A stretch of 64,000 nt of DNA from Escherichia coli (GTDB lineage: Bacteria > Pseudomonadota > Gammaproteobacteria > Enterobacterales > Enterobacteriaceae). Positions 41,466 to 49,178 of this stretch are shown in pieces. A program made the position numbers and the translations under genes. Location: assembly GCF_965641715.1 (NCBI RefSeq), contig NZ_OZ282455.1. One strand, given 5' to 3'. How positions within the stretch are numbered: position 1 is the first letter of the stretch; each line of letters begins with the position of its first letter. The notes beneath the pieces are model-generated. The model saw only the letters and a program-made list of their open reading frames with translations, searched no databases and had not been told where the DNA came from.

Positions 41466-42181
41466 GCGCACGTTCACGGGCACTGATCCCCCTCAGCGCA
41501 GAGCAACAGGCCGCCATGCAGGCTGTGGCTGTCACCGAACAACGTCGTCGTCAGGGACGCACACTTTCAGCATGGCCTTATGCCAGCGCTTTCTTTCGCT
41601 GCCTGAATGGCAGTCGCCGGATTTCGCTGACCGATCTCCGCTTTTTTGCTCCTGCGCTGACGAAGGAGGAATTTCATGGCAACCGTCTCCTGTGGCTGGC
41701 TGCCGTGGATAAACTGATTGAAAGTTTTGGTGAAGTCTGTGTTCTTCCCCTGCCATCCGATGCGGGGCATCGTCTGTTCCCGTCCGTTCCTTTTCGTGAA
41801 GGTGAGCGGCGTCGTCAGAAAACCACGCTGACAGAGCAGAAATACAGCCGCCAGCGGGAACGTGAGGCAGAACGACGGGAACTGGAATACCAGACATGTT
41901 TTGCTCAGGCGCAGATTGACCTTGCGTTTCATACTCCCGCCACGGTCGGAAGCTGGTTGTCCCGCTGGTCTGGTGTTGTTGAGGAGCATGATCTGGAAAC
42001 GATTTTCTGGGGGTGGTGCGGGCGTTTTCCATCACTGTCATCATTTGACCGGTTTTTCTGGCAGGAGGAACCACTCTGGCGGCTGATTTTTGAAGCCGGT
42101 GAGGCCGGTCGTGGTGCACCGGTACAGGTACGTGCACTTGAGCAGTGGATGATCCCGAACAAGCTGGAGAACGCAATATGA
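41462..42181 (+). CDS. psiA: plasmid SOS inhibition protein PsiA
   Basis: 239 aa, overlaps psiB stop; [22 protein letters not shown]... Confidence 0.85.
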   Translation: MSARSRALIPLSAEQQAAMQAVAVTEQRRRQGRTLSAWPYASAFFRCLNGSRRISLTDLRFFAPALTKEEFHGNRLLWLAAVDKLIESFGEVCVLPLPSDAGHRLFPSVPFREGERRRQKTTLTEQKYSRQREREAERRELEYQTCFAQAQIDLAFHTPATVGSWLSRWSGVVEEHDLETIFWGWCGRFPSLSSFDRFFWQEEPLWRLIFEAGEAGRGAPVQVRALEQWMIPNKLENAI

Positions 42182-42774
42182 TGAAATCAGACGAACAATA
42201 TCACGTTCCCGTGTGGATGCGACCTCTGTTGCCGTTGCTCTGCAATACCGGTGGTAATGATCCGGAGGAACTGCTGAATGATACAGAAACCACCGCCAGT
42301 GCGAATATTGTCCGTTATGTACTGATAGTTGCAGTGCGGTCGCAGATTGATCTGCTGCAGCTACTGTACAGGAAAGGACTGTTGCGCACAGAGATACCAG
42401 GTGGCTTTTCACCGGAAGAAGCGCAGGAACTCCTGGATAATCTGGTGCGCAGCCATATCAGCAAGGCGCTGTCGGGTGAGCGAATGGCAGCCCGTGACAG
42501 AAATGCCGATCTGACCTGGATTCGCCAGCAACTGGTCGATGCCGCCTGGTTTGTCCGTGCCACACTGGAAGCGCATGGGATGGGCGTCGGAAATGAGAGT
42601 CCCTCTGCTCCGCCGGAGACAATGCCGGACATACAGACACGGGAACTGGTTATGTTGATCAAGCGACTGGCATCATCGCTGAAAGCGGTGAAACCCGACA
42701 GTAGCGTGGTGCGTGAAGCGCAGGACTGGCTGTGCGACAGAAAACTTGTGGATATCACAGATATTCTCCGGTGA
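42178..42774 (+). CDS. hypothetical protein
   Basis: ORF from [13 protein letters not shown]..., start overlaps psiA stop. Confidence 0.4.
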   Translation: MMKSDEQYHVPVWMRPLLPLLCNTGGNDPEELLNDTETTASANIVRYVLIVAVRSQIDLLQLLYRKGLLRTEIPGGFSPEEAQELLDNLVRSHISKALSGERMAARDRNADLTWIRQQLVDAAWFVRATLEAHGMGVGNESPSAPPETMPDIQTRELVMLIKRLASSLKAVKPDSSVVREAQDWLCDRKLVDITDILR

Positions 42775-42875
42775 ACCAGACATGTATATTTTACGCAGGG
42801 ACACGCCGATCATGATCGTTTCATATCAGGGGTGGTCTGGAGGTCATGCGGCGTGTCCTCTGCACTCGCCGGAAT

Positions 42876-43225
42876 AAGGAAGTCGCCGGCGGCTCCGCTT
42901 TTACCCGGCCATGCGGGGCATGGCCTTGTGGGTTTTCAGCTCTGTGGCCTCAGCGTCGTGTGCGGGCTGTGCCGTGCCTCCATCTTAGCCGGGCTGGCAG
43001 GGATGCAAGGGTACGCTTCGCCGCTGCGGTCACCCGGTCCCTCCTTCCCGTCTGCCGTGATTTTCCGGTCGTTCACCCGCTCAGATTTCGCGGTCTCACC
43101 CTCCAACTCCCGCCAGCCGTGTGCGTCAGGCTGCGGCTTCCCTTGCGCCCTGTGCATCCCCGCCTTATCGCCCGGCTTTTATGGAGGCACGGCACCGCCC
43201 GGTGCCGCAGAACATGTGACTATGG
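42876..43225. repeat. leading-region dispersed repeat, family A copy 2
   Basis: Near-identical to 35931-36280; immediately upstream of ardA. Confidence 0.6.
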
Positions 43226-43236
43226 AGGATTCGGGA

Positions 43237-43737
43237 ATGTCTGTTGTTGCACCTGCTGTATACGTTGGAACCTGGCACAAATACAACTGTGGAAGTATCG
43301 CCGGACGCTGGTTTGACCTGACCACGTTTGATGATGAGCGCGACTTTTTCGCCGCCTGCCGTGCTCTTCACCAGGATGAAGCCGATCCTGAACTGATGTT
43401 TCAGGATTATGAGGGATTCCCGGGGAATATGGCCTCTGAATGCCATATCAACTGGGCCTGGGTTGAAGGCTTCCGCCGGGCACGGGATGAAGGCTGCGAA
43501 GAGGCTTATCGTCTCTGGGTGGATGATACCGGTGAGACGGATTTTGACACCTTCCGCGATGCCTGGTGGGGCGAGGCTGACAGTGAGTAGGCTTTTGCGG
43601 TTGAGTTCGTCAGTGATACCGGCCTGCTGGCTGACGTGCCGGAGACGGTGGCGCTCTATTTTGACTATGAGGCGTATGCGCGGGATTTATTCCTGGACTC
43701 CTTCACCTTTATTGACGGTCATGTGTTCCGTCGGTGA
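43237..43737 (+). pseudogene. ardA: antirestriction protein ArdA interrupted by in-frame amber codon (TAG at 43588-43590)
   Basis: N-terminal 117 codons [28 protein letters not shown]... ; after TAG the same frame continues 48 codons AFAVEFVSDTGLLADVPETVALYFDYEAYARDLFLDSFTFIDGHVFRR to TGA at 43735-43737 (total 166 codons = ArdA length). Confidence 0.75.
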
Positions 43738-43918
43738 TTTACTCCCCCGCTCCGGCGGGGGTATGGCCTGCCAGGCCGCCGGAAAACCCTGGCAGGCTTA
43801 CGCCTGCCTGAAATGCAGGAGGGCCGCGCCTGCGGCGCTGCCCTTCCTGCCCGTCATGGTGTGAGGCATTTTTCTGTTATGTCGTTTCTGTTGTTCTGAT
43901 TTCCGGAGGCGGGGACAC

Positions 43919-44415
43919 CTTCGGCTCCCGGCTGCCTGGCGGCATCCGGTCGTCAGGCCCGACTCCGACAGGCAGCTGCTGGCGCACCCGCCAGTCTCCG
44001 CCGAACCCGCTGGCGCGGTTTCGGGCTGCCGCTACGGTCCGATGTCTGAAAAACCAGGCTTGCAGCGACCGTTCCGGTCGCGCCGCCCCTGTCGCGCCGG
44101 AAACGGCGCTCCCTGCACACCTGACGGTGTGTAAGGCCACTGCGCCTGATGGCGCAGTCAACCCTTCCGCCGCCACCCCTGCGGCCTGTTTCCCGCTGTG
44201 GACTTTCCGGGGGCTGGAGTAACCACATCCCGTTTCAGCAGTCTAGGGGAAGATATACCGTCCACAAAATTTTTAGCCATAAACCCGGCAAAAAATTTTG
44301 CGTCCGCCCCCGGACAGCTGCCCCGTGACGTGGTGACGGACGCCCCATCGGAAAGGTCCACTGCGGGGAGAAACCCCGAAGAAGTGGACGGCAGAAGGGG
44401 CTTTCGCCCCTCCGG
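43919..44415. repeat. leading-region dispersed repeat, family B copy 2
   Basis: Highly similar to 37575-38075; upstream of ORF 44466. Confidence 0.6.
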
Positions 44416-44465
44416 GGAGCAACCGGTCGGCCCGGCGACCTGATTCAGCAGAAGGAGACGTTTTC

Positions 44466-44900
44466 ATGACAGTCAGCAGCACGATTTCCGTTTTTTGCCG
44501 CGACGGGGTGTTCCGTACCGTTTACTGCCACCTGCACGGGGAGCCGACCTGGAACGGTCGCATCCTGCATACCCACTATGCCACCGGTCAGCAGGCCGAA
44601 GCCCTGGTTGAACACGGTGATATCCGTTGCCTCGGTCCCCGTTGCGACAAACCCGCCGGGCATACGCTTCAGAACCCGGTGGACGGTGTGACGGCTTATT
44701 ACGGACGTGACAGTGGTTTCCGGATGGACAGTGAGGCGCGTGAGTACCGTTCTTTCAGGGAGGCTATTGCCACTGAAAGCACTGAAGAGGTGCGCTTCCA
44801 TTATGTGTTCATCGACGGCTACTGGAAGGTGATGTACCGCACGCCGGAAGGCTGGAAGATGAAAGCGCTCGCGCTGGCACTGCGTCGCTGTCCGAAATGA
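44466..44900 (+). CDS. hypothetical protein
   Basis: 144-aa ORF with RBS GAAGGAGA upstream. Confidence 0.4.
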   Translation: MTVSSTISVFCRDGVFRTVYCHLHGEPTWNGRILHTHYATGQQAEALVEHGDIRCLGPRCDKPAGHTLQNPVDGVTAYYGRDSGFRMDSEAREYRSFREAIATESTEEVRFHYVFIDGYWKVMYRTPEGWKMKALALALRRCPK

Positions 44901-44993
44901 AAAAAAGGCAGGGCGATAAACCCTGCCTCTCTCCGCCGGCGCTTCCCCGCCAGGAAGTCCGGCATCTCAATCACTATCTATGGAGATTATGCC

Positions 44994-45260
44994 ATGAGAC
45001 CATCAATTATCTTCGCAACCGCCGAGTATGTAAAGCGTCTGCGTGAAGAGTGCCTGCGGGAGAATAAACCCCTGCACCGCCATACCCGCTTCAGACGTCA
45101 GGAGCTGGCACAGGATGAGATTAACCCGGACGTCCTGGCGATGAGCGGCCATATCGCCAGACGCTGCAGTGAGCAGAAGCGGGTGCGTATCCCCGCTATG
45201 AAAGTCAGCGAATGGGGCCACCTGCTCCGCGCGCTTGAAATTGAGCGGGTCTGCCACTGA
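44994..45260 (+). CDS. hypothetical protein
   Basis: 88-aa ORF. Confidence 0.35.
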   Translation: MRPSIIFATAEYVKRLREECLRENKPLHRHTRFRRQELAQDEINPDVLAMSGHIARRCSEQKRVRIPAMKVSEWGHLLRALEIERVCH

Positions 45261-45324
45261 TTAACCCTTGCCGTCTGCCTGTGCAGGCGGCAGGATACGT
45301 TCAGACATCTCACCAGGAGGAACC

Positions 45325-46251
45325 GTGAGTAAGAAGAAAACCACCACGACGCCCACGCCGCATGATGCCGCGTTCCGGTCGTTCCTGGCGAATCCCGACG
45401 TCGCCAGAGATTTTCTGGAACTGCATCTTCCGGCGGAGTACCGGCAGTTGTGCGACCTGTCCACGCTGAAGCTGGAACCCGCCACCTTTGTTGAGCCGGA
45501 CCTGCATCAGTACGCCAGCGATATCCTCTGGAGTGTGAAAACCACCGGGGGTGAAGATGGCTATGTTTATACGCTCATCGAGCACCAGAGCACCGAAAAT
45601 CTGTACATGCCTTTCCGCATGTTACGTTACAGTGTGGCGGCGATGCAGAGACATCTGGAGCAGCACAAAACGTTGCCACTGGTCATTCCGGTGCTGTTCT
45701 ATCACGGTGAGCGCAGCCCGTACCCGTACAGCATGAACTGGCTGGACTGTTTTGAGAATCCGGCGCTTGCGGCTAAAATATACACAAAGCCGTTTCCGCT
45801 GGTTGATATCACTGTCGTTGATGACAATGAAATCATGAACCATCGCCGGATGGCCGCACTGACGCTGCTGATGAAGCATATCCGCCATCGTGACATGATG
45901 GAGCTGCTGGACAAACTCCCGCAGGTCATGGTGGAAATTTCAGACGAGCAGGTGCGTGTTCTGATTCATTACATCGTTAACGCAGGGGACTCTGTATCAC
46001 CGGAATTTATGCGGGCGCTGGCTGAGCGTCTGCCGCAGCATGAGGATAAACTGATGACTATCGCAGAACGTCTTGAGCAAAAAGGTCGCCAGGAAGGCAG
46101 GATGGAAGGACGCATGGAAGGACGCATGGAAGGAGCGCTTGAAAAAGCCCTGGCTATTGCGTGCCAGCTTCAGAAAATGGGGATGACGCCGGAGCAGATT
46201 AAGCAGGCTACCGGACTTTCCGATGACGAACTGAAGAAAATCACTCACTGA
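45325..46251 (+). CDS. Rpn (YhgA-like) family recombination-promoting nuclease / putative transposase
   Basis: GTG start after AGGAGG; ...FRSFLANPDVARDFLELHLP...YTLIEHQS... PDDEXK-type Rpn core; C-terminal tandem RMEG repeats. Confidence 0.7.
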   Translation: MSKKKTTTTPTPHDAAFRSFLANPDVARDFLELHLPAEYRQLCDLSTLKLEPATFVEPDLHQYASDILWSVKTTGGEDGYVYTLIEHQSTENLYMPFRMLRYSVAAMQRHLEQHKTLPLVIPVLFYHGERSPYPYSMNWLDCFENPALAAKIYTKPFPLVDITVVDDNEIMNHRRMAALTLLMKHIRHRDMMELLDKLPQVMVEISDEQVRVLIHYIVNAGDSVSPEFMRALAERLPQHEDKLMTIAERLEQKGRQEGRMEGRMEGRMEGALEKALAIACQLQKMGMTPEQIKQATGLSDDELKKITH

Positions 46252-46312
46252 GTAAACATCACAGCCCGGCAAAATGCCGGGCTTTTTTGTCAGCAGGAGC
46301 AGAGCAAACAGC

Positions 46313-46471
46313 ATGACGATTGCAGAACGTCTTATTCAAAAAGGCGCACTTGAAGTGGCGCGGGAAATAGCCTGCCGGCTGCGGGATATGGGCTGGACGC
46401 CGGAACGGATTCAGGAGGCAACCGGACTTTCCGGTGAAGAACTGAAAAAGCTGTTTCCTGATGAGCAGTAG
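46313..46471 (+). CDS. small protein homologous to Rpn C-terminal tail only
   Basis: MTIAERLIQKGALEVAREIACRLRDMGWTPERIQEATGLSGEELKKL mirrors Rpn tail MTIAERLEQKG...LAIACQLQKMGMTPEQIKQATGLSDDELKKI. Confidence 0.45.
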   Translation: MTIAERLIQKGALEVAREIACRLRDMGWTPERIQEATGLSGEELKKLFPDEQ

Positions 46472-46501
46472 CCTGGCATTCAGCCAGGCTGTGAATCACG
46501 C

Positions 46502-46753
46502 TCACACATCCTCTGCCGTTTCCCCCAGTTCATTTTCCAGTCGCCTGATGATATCTGCCTTACGCATCCCCTGCATGTGAGGCAGCAGGTCACGGACTGA
46601 AAGTGCCTGGGTGGTCCTCCAGACGGTGACGTCCACCTGTTCCGCATTTTCCCAGGCGTGCCATGTTCTCTGCGTCACGCCAAATTCTCTGGCCGCTTTT
46701 TCGCGTGACCAGAGCATGCTTTTTCGCCAGATTCGCAGTTCCCAGCCGGTCAT
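46502..46753 (-). CDS. putative HTH DNA-binding protein
   Basis: 83-aa ORF; ...SREKAAREFGVTQRTWHAWE... HTH-like. Confidence 0.4.
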   Translation of the reverse strand: MTGWELRIWRKSMLWSREKAAREFGVTQRTWHAWENAEQVDVTVWRTTQALSVRDLLPHMQGMRKADIIRRLENELGETAEDV

Positions 46754-46949
46754 AAAACACCTTTAAAAAAGTGAAAAAACTTCACTTTATTTTATCATCA
46801 TAATCACCAAATTAACGCGATAAATAAGTGTGAAAAAGTGAAGAAATTTCACTTTTTTTGCTTGTAAATGTCGTGCGGTTTTCTCTGTTTTCACCTGTGC
46901 GGGAGTGGTGTGCCAGTGACCACCACATGCCATTGTTGTGCCGTCGTTT

Positions 46950-47295
46950 TTCTTCAGTCGCGCCGTATGCGGCGCTCCCTGCACACCTTACGGTGTGTAA
47001 GGCCACTGCGCCTGATGGCGCAGCTGTCTCTGCCTGTCTGCCGCCGCACTGCGGCCTGTTCTCCGCAGACGGACTTTCCGGGGGTACATACATGACCACA
47101 TCCCGTTTCAGTCGTCCAGGGGAGAGATGTACCAGCCACAAAACTTTTTGCCGCAGGCGTCAAAAACTTTTGCGTCTGCCCCCGGACAACTGCCCCGTGA
47201 CGTGGTGAGCGTCCCCCGTCGGAAAGGTCCACTGCGGGGAAATCCCCGAAGACCCGGACGGCAGAAGGAGCTTCGCTCCTCCGGGAAATGACCTG
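46950..47295. repeat. leading-region dispersed repeat, family B copy 3 (shorter)
   Basis: Shares ~350 bp core with copies at 37575 and 43919; upstream of ORF 47330. Confidence 0.55.
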
Positions 47296-47329
47296 GCTGA
47301 CCCGGCAGTCGTGACGATGAGGAGACAAT

Positions 47330-48181
47330 GTGATGAATCAGACTTTACCCACTGCTGACCTGAATACTGCCGGCACGACAGATGTTATTCCGTCTGTGGC
47401 TATCGACCGCATCATCGCGCAGCGTAACGAAGGTATTGCACTGTTCATGCAGGCGATGGAATGCCTGGCGACAGCGCGCAAGATTCTGCTCGATGCGTCA
47501 GGTGATATTTTTCTTTACGGGTTTGAAGACTGCGTGACTGATTCCGTTCGTCGCATAGATAAACCGGAAGAAGCGAAAAGGAATATCACCCGTCTTGCCG
47601 ACCGGAAAATCTGGGATCGCCTGATGACAGATACGGGCATGTACACCTTCATGAGTTCATGCCAGCGTGATGAGTGGAACAGCCAGCTGATGAGCGACAC
47701 CTGTCCTGAAATCACCCTGGACAATGTACTGGCAACATTCCGCCATCTGAATGCCTGCAAGATGCAGACATTTGAACAGGGACTGATTGATGTCTACCGG
47801 AAATTGTCATGGGATTACAGAACCAATAATCCCTGCCGTCTGGGTAAGAAAATCATTATTGAAAACCTGCTGTACCGCTGGAGTAACGGGCGTGTGACGC
47901 TGGACTGCAGCGGACGGGAGGCACTGGATGACCTGGTACGTCCGTTTTATCTGCTGGAGGGGCGCAACGTTCCTGACTTCAGGAACAGTATCGGGGCGCA
48001 GTATGGTGAATTTCTCGGGAACGGCGACAATGTCGGTAAGCTGTTAGAAGGGGAATATTTTACGGTGCGTGGCTACCAGAAAGGGACCGTACACATTGTC
48101 TTTAAGCGTTCTGACCTTGTTGAAAAACTGAATGATATTATTGCACGGCATTATCCAGGTGCATTGCCGCCACGAGTCTGA
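47330..48181 (+). CDS. hypothetical leading-region protein (first ORF inward of oriT)
   Basis: 283-aa ORF preceded by RBS GAGGAG. Confidence 0.4.
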   Translation: MMNQTLPTADLNTAGTTDVIPSVAIDRIIAQRNEGIALFMQAMECLATARKILLDASGDIFLYGFEDCVTDSVRRIDKPEEAKRNITRLADRKIWDRLMTDTGMYTFMSSCQRDEWNSQLMSDTCPEITLDNVLATFRHLNACKMQTFEQGLIDVYRKLSWDYRTNNPCRLGKKIIIENLLYRWSNGRVTLDCSGREALDDLVRPFYLLEGRNVPDFRNSIGAQYGEFLGNGDNVGKLLEGEYFTVRGYQKGTVHIVFKRSDLVEKLNDIIARHYPGALPPRV

Positions 48182-48266
48182 TTAAACAGAAAAGCCCTGG
48201 TATTTATGCCGGGGCTTTTTTTTCTGTAATCATCATAATCTCAGAACACGATGTGACATTGTCACA

Positions 48267-48608
48267 TCAATTGTTGTTCATATCGATGCCATCTTTCCTG
48301 CCTGAATCTGTCTTTTTAGGTGCTGTTTTAGAGGAAGAACGGCGGGATGGTTTTTTCGATTCTGCTTCCCGAATAATGTCACGAAGTGCCTTCTCTCCTA
48401 CTTCATACCCTGCATTTTTGAGCGTGTCACGAACATCTGCCAGTGTATAACCCTTTGTCCTTACCAGGACAATAATGTCATCACGAATGGCATCAAGAAA
48501 ATCACGCAATGTTTTCCGTTGAGCGGTGAGATCTGGCAATTCCGATAAAGCAGCTTTTGCCAGCTGGATGTCATCATCTGAGTAAAATTTTTTAGAAGCC
48601 ATTGGCAC
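48267..48608 (-). CDS. hypothetical basic protein (possible DNA-binding)
   Basis: 113 aa, Lys/Arg/Ser-rich C-terminal tail; adjacent to oriT. Confidence 0.35.
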   Translation of the reverse strand: MPMASKKFYSDDDIQLAKAALSELPDLTAQRKTLRDFLDAIRDDIIVLVRTKGYTLADVRDTLKNAGYEVGEKALRDIIREAESKKPSRRSSSKTAPKKTDSGRKDGIDMNNN

Positions 48609-48639
48609 TTTCTCTCCGTTTCATGTTGAAGTCTGATTT

Positions 48640-48835
48640 TATCATCAAAAACTGACTCCTGGCAGGGCTGCGCCCTGCCTCTGCCGTCTGCATAAGACTA
48701 TGATGCACAAAAATAACAGGCTATAATGGCCTGAAAAACGGGACAGGATGTGCAATTGTAATACCGTCACACGCGACGCTATTACAATTGCCATCTGGTC
48801 AGGGCTTCGCCCCGACACCCCGTAAGGAGCCTGAA
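48640..48835. other. origin of transfer (IncI1-type oriT) region
   Basis: Immediately upstream of nikA; inverted repeats GGCAGGGC-TG-CGCCCTGCC (48661-48679) and perfect 12-bp IR GCAATTGTAATA(48752-48763)/TATTACAATTGC(48780-48791). Confidence 0.7.
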
Positions 48836-49168
48836 GTGAGTGATAGTGCGGTAAGAAAGAAAAGTGAGGTACGGCAAAAGACAGTTGTCAGGACACTCAG
48901 ATTCTCTCCTGTTGAGGATGAAACCATCAGGAAAAAAGCTGAAGATTCCGGACTTACTGTATCTGCTTACATCCGAAATGCAGCACTGAATAAGCGAATT
49001 AACTCCCGTACAGATGATGCTTTTCTGAAGGAGTTAATGAGACTGGGAAGGATGCAGAAGCATCTGTTTGTTCAGGGAAAAAGAACCGGTGACAAGGAAT
49101 ACGCAGAAGTGCTTGTTGCCATAACCGAACTTACAAATACATTGCGTAAACAGTTAATGGAAGGTTGA
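48836..49168 (+). CDS. nikA: relaxosome accessory protein NikA (RHH)
   Basis: GTG start after AAGGAG; VSDSAVRKKSEVRQKTVVRTLRFSPVEDETIRKKAEDSGLTVSAYIRNAAL... matches R64 NikA. Confidence 0.9.
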   Translation: MSDSAVRKKSEVRQKTVVRTLRFSPVEDETIRKKAEDSGLTVSAYIRNAALNKRINSRTDDAFLKELMRLGRMQKHLFVQGKRTGDKEYAEVLVAITELTNTLRKQLMEG

Positions 49169-49178
49169 GGATTCTCCG

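Noticed and set aside
42832-43590. 252-aa ORF starting at 42832 that would fuse repeat sequence to ardA
   Set aside because: The upstream part is translation of repeat family A; ArdA starts at the ATG at 43237 behind a GGAGG RBS.
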